From assembly GCA_963704825.1 (NCBI GenBank), contig CAVPHV010000017.1:359325-423324 (forward strand): a stretch of DNA of 64,000 bases, read 5' to 3'. The position numbers were made by a program, and so were the translations under genes. Origin of the DNA: an uncultured Acidimicrobiia bacterium (GTDB lineage Bacteria > Actinomycetota > Acidimicrobiia > Spongiisociales > UBA5794). Shown piece by piece: positions 56,058 to 64,000 of this stretch; the stretch's first letter is position 1, and each line of letters begins with the position of its first letter. The notes under the pieces were generated by a model. It was not told where the DNA came from. It ran no database searches and saw only the letters and a program-made list of their open reading frames with translations.

Positions 56058-57152
56058 TCAGCCCGCCACGAGCAGCGGGATGCGGCGTTCGGCGTCGGTG
56101 AGGGCGCCGTGGTTGCCGACCATGCGGTCGTCGCTGCGGCGGTGCAGCAGCAGGTAGTCGTCGTTGGCGACGAGGACGCCGTCGGGGGCACGATCGGCGA
56201 ACGCGGGATGGTTGGGCCCGGGACCCCACCAATGAGCCATGTCGGCGATCGGCACCCACGTCGCCGGGAGTCGGGCGGCCAGGGACTCGCCATCACCACG
56301 GACGAGCATGGCCCGTCCGTCGCCGTAGAAGACCCGGCCCTGATGATCGGATTTTGCAATCCGGGTCTGGCGAACCTTGGGAAAGTCGATGTGGCCGTGG
56401 TCGGCGGTCCCCACCGCCACCGCATGGGCCGGCAGCGTGAGGACCAGTTGCTCCCACCCCCAGGCGACCGTGCGTACCGCCTCGGCGTACTCGTCGGACC
56501 GTTGTCCATGGATATGCGCGGCGAAGTCCACATTGGGCAGGTAGGCGACGACGAGTCTGCCGGGCTCGGCGGCCAGTTGCGCCGTTGCCTCAACCCACTG
56601 CGCATACGTGGTGATGCCTTCGAAGCGGCATCCGCGATACAGGGCTTTCGTGAGTGGTGATCCCTCGAACCCGGCGGGCTGGACGGTGATGGCCTCGATG
56701 GATGCGGCACGGAGTCGCTCCCACAGATTCGGAGCCGGCAGCAGTTGGCTGGTGTCGTAGGCGACTGCGTCTCCAAACAGGGTCGTCCACTTGATGGTGT
56801 TGACCACCGCGGCCACTTCGGGGATCCACGACTGATACCCGAGCAGGCCGTGCTGGGACGGTGGCAGGCCCGTGGCGATCGTTGCCAGGCTGACCGTGGT
56901 GGTGGCCGGGAAGGGTGAGTCGATCGCTGCGCCGCGGGAGTCTCGTAACGCTTTCGCTGCGGGGTGGGAGAGTTGTTGGTCGCCGAGGCCGTCGAAGACC
57001 ACCAACACGTAGGACTCGGCATCTGGGATCAGGCCGGCGAGATCGGCGTGCAAGGGCACGAAGGCCGCCGAACCGGTGAGCCGGGTTTCCAGTTCGGCGA
57101 CGAGATTCGGCAACGATCCGCCCGAGTAGTCGGGAACCGTGATGGATGGCAT
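56058..57152 (-). CDS. Alkaline-phosphatase-superfamily protein (type I phosphodiesterase/nucleotide pyrophosphatase-like).
   Basis: Start at internal ATG (MPSITVPDYSGGSLPNL...). VVFDGLGDQQL and ...GTADHGHID... are metal-ligand motifs typical of the AP/NPP superfamily. Confidence 0.65.
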   Translation of the reverse strand: MPSITVPDYSGGSLPNLVAELETRLTGSAAFVPLHADLAGLIPDAESYVLVVFDGLGDQQLSHPAAKALRDSRGAAIDSPFPATTTVSLATIATGLPPSQHGLLGYQSWIPEVAAVVNTIKWTTLFGDAVAYDTSQLLPAPNLWERLRAASIEAITVQPAGFEGSPLTKALYRGCRFEGITTYAQWVEATAQLAAEPGRLVVAYLPNVDFAAHIHGQRSDEYAEAVRTVAWGWEQLVLTLPAHAVAVGTADHGHIDFPKVRQTRIAKSDHQGRVFYGDGRAMLVRGDGESLAARLPATWVPIADMAHWWGPGPNHPAFADRAPDGVLVANDDYLLLHRRSDDRMVGNHGALTDAERRIPLLVAG

Positions 57153-57363
57153 GAGGAGAGTTTCGGCGGTTGCGAGGCCGTCCACAACTCGCCACGATGC
57201 AGCTGCAATCGGACACCCCGGTGGTGTCCGCGAAGGGTGGTTCCTGCTCTGTGCGGCCAAATGCCGTGGCATGACTTTGGGGCTTCCAAGGCACTTCCTA
57301 TACTCGCCCCGGACGCTGGGGTGAGCCCCAGGGAAGGCCGCTACCTGCTGAGGGGTTTGACGG

Positions 57364-57747
57364 GTGCTCGAATCGTATTTTGAGGGCTACATCACGGTCG
57401 CGGTATTCGCGGGAGTTGGTGCTCTGATTGTCGGTGCCGGACTCTTCGTCTCCAAGTTGATCCGGCCCAACAACCCCAACCTCATGAAGGCCCAGGCCTA
57501 TGAGTGCGGCATCGACCCCGTCGGGTTCGGGTGGAGCCAATCGCACATCCGCTACTACATCTTTGCGCTGCTGTTCCTGATCTTCGACGTCGAGGCGGTG
57601 TTCATCTTTCCCTGGGCTTCGCAGCTGGAGACGTTCGCCGATGCGGGGCTCGGTGGGTTCGTGCTCGTCGAGATGCTGATCTTCATTGGGATTCTCGTGC
57701 TCGGTCTCGTGTATGCGATCCGCAAAGGGGTCGTCCGGTGGGAGTGA
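57364..57747 (+). CDS. nuoA: NADH-quinone oxidoreductase subunit A, paralog 2 (11-subunit-type cluster), GTG start.
   Basis: [10 protein letters not shown]...[22 protein letters not shown]. Confidence 0.85.
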   Translation: MLESYFEGYITVAVFAGVGALIVGAGLFVSKLIRPNNPNLMKAQAYECGIDPVGFGWSQSHIRYYIFALLFLIFDVEAVFIFPWASQLETFADAGLGGFVLVEMLIFIGILVLGLVYAIRKGVVRWE

Positions 57748-58235
57748 TCGACAAGTTCGGTCGACTGAAGCCGGTTTCCTGGCTGCTCAACTGGTCCCGG
57801 ACCTACTCCTTGTGGTATTTCCAGTTCGGTCTTGCCTGCTGCGCCATCGAGGTCATGGCCGCGGCAGGCCCCCGCTACGACATGATGCGCTTTGGCATCA
57901 TCCCGCTCCCGGCTTCACCACGGCAGTCGGACCTGATGGTTGTCGCCGGCACCGTCACCGACAAGATGGCTCCCGCCGTGCGGCGTCTCTACGACCAGAT
58001 GCCCGATCCGAAGTACGTGATTTCGATGGGTTCTTGCGCCAACTGTGGCGGCCCCTACTGGGACTCGTATTCGGTTACCAAGGGTGTCGATCAGATCATC
58101 CCCGTTGACGTCTACGTGCCCGGTTGCCCGCCGCGGCCGGAAGCGTTGATGCAAGGCATATTGCTGCTGCAGCAGCAGATCAGGAACGAAGACATTCCGG
58201 ACAAGTGGAGCCAGAGTGACCGACTCCCCGCCTGA
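57744..58235 (+). CDS. nuoB: NADH-quinone oxidoreductase subunit B, paralog 2 (GTG start overlapping the nuoA stop).
   Basis: [22 protein letters not shown] and VPGCPP. Confidence 0.85.
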   Translation: MIDKFGRLKPVSWLLNWSRTYSLWYFQFGLACCAIEVMAAAGPRYDMMRFGIIPLPASPRQSDLMVVAGTVTDKMAPAVRRLYDQMPDPKYVISMGSCANCGGPYWDSYSVTKGVDQIIPVDVYVPGCPPRPEALMQGILLLQQQIRNEDIPDKWSQSDRLPA

Positions 58236-58881
58236 CGGCGACCTGGTCGACGAAGCGGCCGACTCGGTCGAGGCCGACGCCGACGAGACAGAACTCGAGG
58301 AGATTGGCTTCGCCGCGGAACTGGCCGAAATGGTTGGTGCCTCGTTGTGGGTCGACGAGTTCGACACGATCCGCATCTACGTGGCCAGAGACGCCTGGGT
58401 CGAGTCTCTGCGGCTGGCCCGCGACGAAGCCGGGCTCACGTTCTTCGGGTGGCTGTCCGCCATCGACTGGTCAACCGAGGTGGCCGTCGGCGAGCAAGTC
58501 AGCGAGCCGGATGAACTGATCGAGCGGTACGAGGTGGTGTGCCGGCTTTCGTCGGTCACCAGCGCAAAGGGCGCCCACTTCTTCACCGAGGTGCCCAAAG
58601 ACGACGCCGTCATCGACTCGATCGTTTCGTTGTTCGCCGGCGCCGAGTGGCATGAGCGAGAAGCGGCCGAGATGTTCGGCATCACGTTCGTCGGCCACCC
58701 CTATCCGCTCAAGCTGTATCTGCCCGACTCGTTCCAGGGCTTTCCGCTGCGCAAGTCCTACCCGCTGCTGTCCCGCGAGCTCAAGCCGTGGCCGGGGACG
58801 GTTGATGTCGAGAGCATGCCCGAAGCCGGCGGCCCATCGACGACCAACGTCGAGGCCGGAGACAACGGAGGCGACGAGTGA
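58216..58881 (+). CDS. nuoC: NADH-quinone oxidoreductase subunit C, paralog 2 (GTG start).
   Basis: [40 protein letters not shown]. Confidence 0.85.
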   Translation: MTDSPPDGDLVDEAADSVEADADETELEEIGFAAELAEMVGASLWVDEFDTIRIYVARDAWVESLRLARDEAGLTFFGWLSAIDWSTEVAVGEQVSEPDELIERYEVVCRLSSVTSAKGAHFFTEVPKDDAVIDSIVSLFAGAEWHEREAAEMFGITFVGHPYPLKLYLPDSFQGFPLRKSYPLLSRELKPWPGTVDVESMPEAGGPSTTNVEAGDNGGDE

Positions 58882-60074
58882 CCGACGTCGACGCTCGCGC
58901 CGCAATGCACCTCTCCGATGCTTCGGTCTCGGTAGAACTCGAGACTCAGGGTATGACGCTCAACATCGGGCCGCAGCACCCGTCGACCCACGGGGTGCTG
59001 CGCCTCGTTGCCAAGGTCGAGGGCGAGCGAGTGATGAGCGTTCAGCCGGTGATCGGCTACATGCACCGGGGGTACGAGAAGCTGACTGAGGTCAGGACGT
59101 ATGCCCAGATCACCGCGTTGGTCAACCGGATCGACTGGGTTTCCGGGTTCGCCAACGAGATCCCATGGATCCGCTCGGTCGAGAAGCTGATGCAGATCGA
59201 GGTGCCCGAACGGGCCCAGTGGATCCGCCTCATCCTCACCGAGATGACCAGGATCTCGTCCCATCTGCTCTTCATGTCGTCCTATCCGCTCGAGCTCGGT
59301 GCGGCGACTCCGCTGATGTACGCCCTGCGCGAACGCGAATACGTGATGGACCTCATCGAGAGTGTCACCGGGGGCCGCTTCCACCCGAACTTCAACCGAG
59401 TTGGCGGTGTCAAGCCGGCAGCGGGTGGTGGTTCCGCCCAGAAGAAGGTCTCACAGGATCTGCCGGCCGGCTTCTTCCAGGGCGCCCGGGAGGCGATGGA
59501 CCGGGTCGATTCGGTGATGGACGAACTCGACGAACTCGTCACCGGGAACGAATTGATCCGAGCCAGAACCATCGGGGTCGGGGTCATTCCACCCGAAAAG
59601 GCCATCGAGTTCGGGCTGTCGGGTCCAAACGCCCGGGCGTCCGGCATCGACTTCGATCTGCGCCGCGACGGCGAGCCCTACCTGCCATACGAACAGGTCG
59701 ACTTCGACGTCATCACCGAGCAGGCCGGCGACTCCTACGCCAGGTACCTCGTCCGCAAGGAAGAGATACGCCAGGCGGTCCGCATCGTGCGCCAGGCGAT
59801 CGACACCATCAAGCCGGGGCCACTCCAGGCCAAGGTGCCGAGAGTGCTCAAAGTGCCCAAAGGGCAGGCGTACGTTCGTACGGAGAACCCGAAGGGAGAG
59901 ATGGGCTTCTACCTGATCTCGGAGGGTGGCCGCATTCCCTACCGGGTCAAGATCCGTTCGGCTTCGTTCTGCAACCTCTCGATCCTCTCCTGGATCCTCG
60001 AGGGCGCCCTCGTTCCCGACCTGGTCGCCATCATGGGCAGCCTCGACTTCGTCCTCGGAGACGTAGATCGATGA
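58878..60074 (+). CDS. nuoD: NADH-quinone oxidoreductase subunit D, paralog 2.
   Basis: [16 protein letters not shown]... 398 aa (canonical length; no N-terminal extension, unlike cluster 1). Confidence 0.9.
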   Translation: MTDVDARAAMHLSDASVSVELETQGMTLNIGPQHPSTHGVLRLVAKVEGERVMSVQPVIGYMHRGYEKLTEVRTYAQITALVNRIDWVSGFANEIPWIRSVEKLMQIEVPERAQWIRLILTEMTRISSHLLFMSSYPLELGAATPLMYALREREYVMDLIESVTGGRFHPNFNRVGGVKPAAGGGSAQKKVSQDLPAGFFQGAREAMDRVDSVMDELDELVTGNELIRARTIGVGVIPPEKAIEFGLSGPNARASGIDFDLRRDGEPYLPYEQVDFDVITEQAGDSYARYLVRKEEIRQAVRIVRQAIDTIKPGPLQAKVPRVLKVPKGQAYVRTENPKGEMGFYLISEGGRIPYRVKIRSASFCNLSILSWILEGALVPDLVAIMGSLDFVLGDVDR

Positions 60075-60101
60075 GGGCTCCCTACGTTGCTGCGCGAGCG
60101 A

Positions 60102-60151
60102 GGAGTTTCGGCTCCGCCGAAACTCCCAACGGCACTTCCGAAGGAAGTGCC
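60102..60151 (+). promoter_or_regulatory. Two consecutive perfect stem-loops in the 79-nt nuoD2-nuoH2 spacer. HP1 is GGAGTTTCGG-ctccg-CCGAAACTCC (60102..60126). HP2 is GGCACTTCC-gaa-GGAAGTGCC (60131..60151), and its 3' arm contains the GGAAG Shine-Dalgarno of nuoH2.
   Basis: Read directly. No U-tract follows, so they are not classical intrinsic terminators. They sit at the position where nuoEFG lie in the 14-gene operon. Confidence 0.5.
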
Positions 60152-60153
60152 GC

Positions 60154-61161
60154 ATGAACTTCTGGTTGGAGCTGGTCATCAAGACGGTGTTGGTGCTGAT
60201 CTTGGTGGTGCTGCCGGTGGCGCTGGTGGTCATCTTTGGGGAACTCAAGATCTCCGCTCACATCCAGAGCCGGATCGGGCCCTACTTCGCCGGGGGGCGT
60301 TTTGGATGGGCGCAGCCGCTCGCCGATGGTGCCAAGTTCATTCAGAAGGAGGATCTGATCCCGGCGGGTGCGGACAACGCCGTCTTCCGCTTTGCCCCGT
60401 ATGTGGTGCTGATGGGGACGTTCGCCACCTTTGTGGTCATCCCGTTTGGTCCCGACCTCGCGGCGGAGAACCTCGATGTCGGGATCTTCTTCCTGCTGGC
60501 GGTTTCGTCGATCTCAACGCTTGGGGTGCTGATGGCCGGCTGGTCGTCGGCCAACAAGTACTCCCTGATCGGTGGCTTGCGGGCGGCCGCCCAGCTGATC
60601 GCCTACGAATTGCCGCTGGTATTGGCCGCCCTCGCCGTTGTCGTCCAGGCCGGCACGCTGTCACTCCCGGGCATCGTCGAAGCGCAGGCCAACATGGAGA
60701 TCTTCGGGCTCGGCATCCACCTGCCTTACGTGCTGACCGGCCAGATTCTCAGCTTCATCATCTTCACCATCGCCGCGCTTGCGGAGCTCTCACGGATCCC
60801 GTTCGATATGCCGATCGCCGAATCCGAGCTCACCATGGGCTATCTGACCGAGTACTCGGGACTGCGCTTCACGATGTTCTTCCTTGGTGAGTACGCCGCG
60901 ATGATCTCGCTTGCTGCGGTCGCCTCGACCCTCTTCCTCGGGGGCTACTACCTCCCCGGCTTGAATGCGGACGCTCTCAAGGTCGCCGGGCCGTTCATTC
61001 TGCTCGGCAAAACCCTGGTTCTCTGCTTCGTGTTCATCTGGATGCGCTGGTCGTGGCCAAGGTTGCGTGAGGATCAGCTTCAATCGTTGGCCTGGAAATG
61101 GCTCATCCCGCTGGCCCTCGCCAATATCGTCGTCATCTCCATCCTCAAGGTGGTGTTCTGA
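60154..61161 (+). CDS. nuoH: NADH-quinone oxidoreductase subunit H, paralog 2.
   Basis: [34 protein letters not shown]... and [24 protein letters not shown]. Confidence 0.9.
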   Translation: MNFWLELVIKTVLVLILVVLPVALVVIFGELKISAHIQSRIGPYFAGGRFGWAQPLADGAKFIQKEDLIPAGADNAVFRFAPYVVLMGTFATFVVIPFGPDLAAENLDVGIFFLLAVSSISTLGVLMAGWSSANKYSLIGGLRAAAQLIAYELPLVLAALAVVVQAGTLSLPGIVEAQANMEIFGLGIHLPYVLTGQILSFIIFTIAALAELSRIPFDMPIAESELTMGYLTEYSGLRFTMFFLGEYAAMISLAAVASTLFLGGYYLPGLNADALKVAGPFILLGKTLVLCFVFIWMRWSWPRLREDQLQSLAWKWLIPLALANIVVISILKVVF

Positions 61162-61640
61162 TGGCCCAGCCACCCAGCGGCGGCGGGTTTCCGCTCAAGG
61201 GCCTCATGACGGGGATGAAGGTCACCTTCTTCGAGCTGCTCAAGAAGCCGGTGACGGTCAACTATCCCAAGGAGAAGGAGATCCCGGTGGCGCGGGCGCG
61301 CGGCGTCATCGCTCTCGACACCGAAGCCTGCACCGTGTGCATGTTGTGTGCCCGGGAATGCCCCGACTGGTGCATCTACATCGAAGGTCACAAGGAAGAG
61401 GTTCCCCCGGCCAAGGAGGGCGGCCGGGTTCGCACCCGAGCCAAGCTCGACCGTTTTGATATCGACTACGCGTTGTGCATGTACTGCGGCATCTGCGTCG
61501 AGGTGTGCCCGTTCGACGCCCTCTTCTGGAGCCCCGACTACGAGTACAGCGAATTCTCGATCGCCGACATGTTGCACGACAAGGAACGCTTGACCGAGTG
61601 GCTGGAGACCGTACCCGATCCTCCGGCCTTGGAGAACTGA
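61161..61640 (+). CDS. nuoI: NADH-quinone oxidoreductase subunit I, paralog 2 (2x[4Fe-4S]).
   Basis: [12 protein letters not shown] and [12 protein letters not shown]. Start at internal ATG overlapping the nuoH2 stop. Confidence 0.85.
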   Translation: MAQPPSGGGFPLKGLMTGMKVTFFELLKKPVTVNYPKEKEIPVARARGVIALDTEACTVCMLCARECPDWCIYIEGHKEEVPPAKEGGRVRTRAKLDRFDIDYALCMYCGICVEVCPFDALFWSPDYEYSEFSIADMLHDKERLTEWLETVPDPPALEN

Positions 61641-61642
61641 CC

Positions 61643-62227
61643 ATGACGATGAGCGAGTGGCTGAGCCAGCCCGAGAACTACGTGTTCCTCGTGATCGCGT
61701 TGCCGATGGTCTTTGGCGCCTGGCGGGTGGTGACGACCCGCAACGTCGTGCATGCGGCCCTCTATCTGGTGCTGGCGCTCGGCGGCTCGGCGGCGCTGTT
61801 CCTGCTGATGGGCGCAGAGTTCGTGGCCTGGACCGTGGTATTGGTATACATCGGCGCCGTCGTCGTCTTGTTCCTCTTCGGGGTGATGATCACTCGAGCT
61901 CCGCTTGGGCGCCAAGAGCACCTCAGCCACGGCGCCAACGTCAGGGTGCCCGCCGCCGCCGTCTCGTTTGCGCTGTTCATCATCATGGGTGGCTCGATGC
62001 TGAGCTACTTCGGTGGTGAGGAGTTCACCGCCGATGCCGGGGTCACCCGCACCGCGGACATCGGCTTCGTCATCTTCGACCGTTTCGTGATCCCATTCGA
62101 GGTCGTCTCCCTGGTGCTGCTGGCGGCACTGATTGGCGGCATCGTGCTGGCTCGCAAGGATCCCGAACCGGACAACGCCTCGGGAGCCGACGTTGCGGTC
62201 GCATCCGCCGAAGGGAGTGACGCATGA
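61643..62227 (+). CDS. nuoJ: NADH-quinone oxidoreductase subunit J, paralog 2.
   Basis: Start at internal ATG ([30 protein letters not shown]...). NuoJ helix pattern. Confidence 0.8.
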   Translation: MTMSEWLSQPENYVFLVIALPMVFGAWRVVTTRNVVHAALYLVLALGGSAALFLLMGAEFVAWTVVLVYIGAVVVLFLFGVMITRAPLGRQEHLSHGANVRVPAAAVSFALFIIMGGSMLSYFGGEEFTADAGVTRTADIGFVIFDRFVIPFEVVSLVLLAALIGGIVLARKDPEPDNASGADVAVASAEGSDA

Positions 62228-62529
62228 TCATCATGCAGTTCCTGATCCTCGGCGCCACGTTGTTCTCACTCGGCGTCTACGGCGTGCTGACCCGGCGCAA
62301 TGCGGTCCTGGTGCTGCTCTCCGTTGAACTGATGCTTGCCGCCGTCAACATCAACTTCGTTGCGTTCGACCGCTTCCTCGGGGATGAAATGGCCGGTGGG
62401 CAGATCTTTGCGCTGTTCATCATTGCCATCGCCGCCGCCGAGGTGGGGATTGGTCTTGCCATCATCCTGCTGATCTACCGGAACCGGCACGACGCCAACG
62501 TCGACGACTTGGACCTGATGAAGCTATGA
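62224..62529 (+). CDS. nuoK: NADH-quinone oxidoreductase subunit K, paralog 2.
   Basis: 101 aa; [17 protein letters not shown]. Confidence 0.9.
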   Translation: MIIMQFLILGATLFSLGVYGVLTRRNAVLVLLSVELMLAAVNINFVAFDRFLGDEMAGGQIFALFIIAIAAAEVGIGLAIILLIYRNRHDANVDDLDLMKL

Positions 62530-64000
62530 ACGCGATCCTCGCCAACGCTTCGCTGCTCCTCGCCACTGCGGCTGAGGAGGGCGCCGAGCACGCCGAAACC
62601 GTTCTTTCCGACGGGGGCACTCTGGCATCGGCCGCCTGGCTGATTCCGGTGGTGCCGATGGTCGTGACATTCCTGATCGTCTTCTTCGGCAAGCGGTCAC
62701 CGCTCAAGGGTTGGGGGATGGCCGTCGGGGCCATGGGCTTTGTCGCTCTCTACGGCACGGTGCTCTTCGGCCAGGCGATGTTCGGCGATCCCATCGGGTA
62801 TCAGGGTGCCGTCGCCATCGGCGATATTGGGACGGCCACGGTCGATGGTCACACCAGCCTGCTGCATCTCGAGTGGGGATGGATGGTCGACGGACTGTCG
62901 TCGATGATGTACTTCGTCGTCGGCGTGGTCGGCTTGCTGGTCTTCATCTATGCCAAGAGCTACATGAAGGGCGACATCCGTTTCACGTGGTTCTTTGCCA
63001 GCTTCTCGCTCTTCGCCGGAGGCATGCTGGTGCTGGTCTCGGCGCCGAACCTGATTCAGCTCATCGTCGGGTGGGAGCTGGTTGGGGTGGCCTCGTACCT
63101 GCTGATCGGGCACTACTGGGAGGACCACGAGAACTCGTCGGCGGCGATCAAGGCGTTCCTCGTCAACAAGGTCGCCGACGTGGGTCTGTTCGTCGGCGCC
63201 ATCATGATCGGCCTCTCGGTGGGGTCGTTCCGGTTCACCGACATCATGGAGGTCGTTTCCGGTGGCGGCGGCACGCCGCTGGCCAGGGTTGGGTTCTGGG
63301 CCGGCGTCGCTCTCTTCATCGGGGCGATGGGCAAGAGTGCCCAGTTCCCGCTCCATGTGTGGCTGCCGGACGCCATGGCCGGGCCGACTCCGGTCTCGGC
63401 GCTGATGCACGCCGCCACCATGGTCACCGCAGGCGTATTCCTGATTGGGCGGATGTTCCCGTTTTACAACAGCCCTGAGTACGCCGAGGAGATGCGCTGG
63501 ATCATCGTCATCATCGGCTCACTCACCCTCCTCCTGCCCGGGCTGATCGCCCTCGTCCAGGATGACATCAAGAAGGTCCTCGCCTATTCCACGGTGTCCC
63601 AGCTCGGCTACATGATGGTGGCGATGGGTGCCGGCGCCTATACCGCAGGCCTGTTCCACCTCTTCACCCACGCCTTCTTCAAGGCGTTGCTGTTCCTCGG
63701 TGCCGGTTCGGTCATCCACGCCGTCCACTCCAACAACATGTCGGACATGGGCGGGCTGCGCAAGTACATGCCGTGGACGTTCTGGACGTTCCTGATCGGC
63801 TCGGCGTCCCTCGCCGGTATCTTCCCGCTCGCCGGGTTCTGGTCAAAGGATGAGATCTTGGCGTCGCTCCAGTACGCCGGCGAGAACTACTCGGTACAAG
63901 CCGGTGGGGGGGCGCTGGCGAACGTGGCGCTGGTGGTTGCCATCGTCGGAGCGTTTGTCACCGCGTTCTACATGACCAGAGCCGTTTCGCTGACCTTCTT
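62526..64000 (+). CDS. nuoL: NADH-quinone oxidoreductase subunit L, paralog 2 (intact over the 491 codons visible; 3' end beyond the window).
   Basis: ATG 62526 overlaps the nuoK2 stop (ATGA). Open frame to the window end with NuoL motifs (WEGVGLCSY-like [40 protein letters not shown]). Absent from the ORF track only because it has no stop in the window. Confidence 0.85.
   Translation, partial: MNAILANASLLLATAAEEGAEHAETVLSDGGTLASAAWLIPVVPMVVTFLIVFFGKRSPLKGWGMAVGAMGFVALYGTVLFGQAMFGDPIGYQGAVAIGDIGTATVDGHTSLLHLEWGWMVDGLSSMMYFVVGVVGLLVFIYAKSYMKGDIRFTWFFASFSLFAGGMLVLVSAPNLIQLIVGWELVGVASYLLIGHYWEDHENSSAAIKAFLVNKVADVGLFVGAIMIGLSVGSFRFTDIMEVVSGGGGTPLARVGFWAGVALFIGAMGKSAQFPLHVWLPDAMAGPTPVSALMHAATMVTAGVFLIGRMFPFYNSPEYAEEMRWIIVIIGSLTLLLPGLIALVQDDIKKVLAYSTVSQLGYMMVAMGAGAYTAGLFHLFTHAFFKALLFLGAGSVIHAVHSNNMSDMGGLRKYMPWTFWTFLIGSASLAGIFPLAGFWSKDEILASLQYAGENYSVQAGGGALANVALVVAIVGAFVTAFYMTRAVSLTF

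Overview
High-GC (about 68-70%) chromosomal window that looks like Actinomycetota (DUF222/REP13E12-type HNH gene, MIRU-like VNTR, Rex, very large NAD-GDH, DinB_2 protein, duplicated nuo cluster). It is gene-dense and dominated by respiration genes. In order of coordinate: (1) a minus-strand block with an asparaginase-II-like fragment, an RsiG-like coiled-coil protein, an M23 peptidase and a MoaD/ThiS-like-to-membrane fusion gene. (2) A PAS-LuxR regulator, a GNAT, HMG-CoA lyase, a DUF62 SAM hydroxide adenosyltransferase, a glutaredoxin-like gene followed by a 56-bp tandem repeat, and rex. (3) A 7-gene minus-strand operon for a split (b6 + subunit IV) Rieske/cytochrome b complex with a dihaem cytochrome c, an in-operon 2[4Fe-4S] ferredoxin and two small membrane proteins. 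(4) Transcribed divergently from it, a cbb3-like cluster whose CcoN-like domain has lost all canonical haem/Cu histidine ligands yet is fused to an intact CcoO-like haem-c domain, followed by a CcoP-like monohaem cytochrome c and a geranylgeranyl reductase. (5) A 1594-aa NAD-specific glutamate dehydrogenase. (6) A complete 14-gene nuoA-N operon, with nuoL interrupted by two closely spaced +1 frameshifts. (7) A DinB-like gene, a DUF222 HNH gene and a bactofilin-repeat membrane protein. (8) MCCase alpha/beta (leucine catabolism), an Fbp/Afu-type ABC importer, lipid-remodelling genes (LPG-synthase-like TM protein, PlsC-like, CPBP protease) and an orphan TadE/TadG pair. (9) A second, 11-subunit-type nuo cluster (A,B,C,D,H,I,J,K,L..., no E/F/G) with two perfect stem-loops exactly at the D/H junction. 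I consider the ligand-less CcoN-CcoO fusion and its pairing with the b6-type bc operon the most novel feature. Coordinates derived by codon arithmetic from the ORF track are reliable; motif and hairpin coordinates read from the sequence may be off by 1-2 nt.
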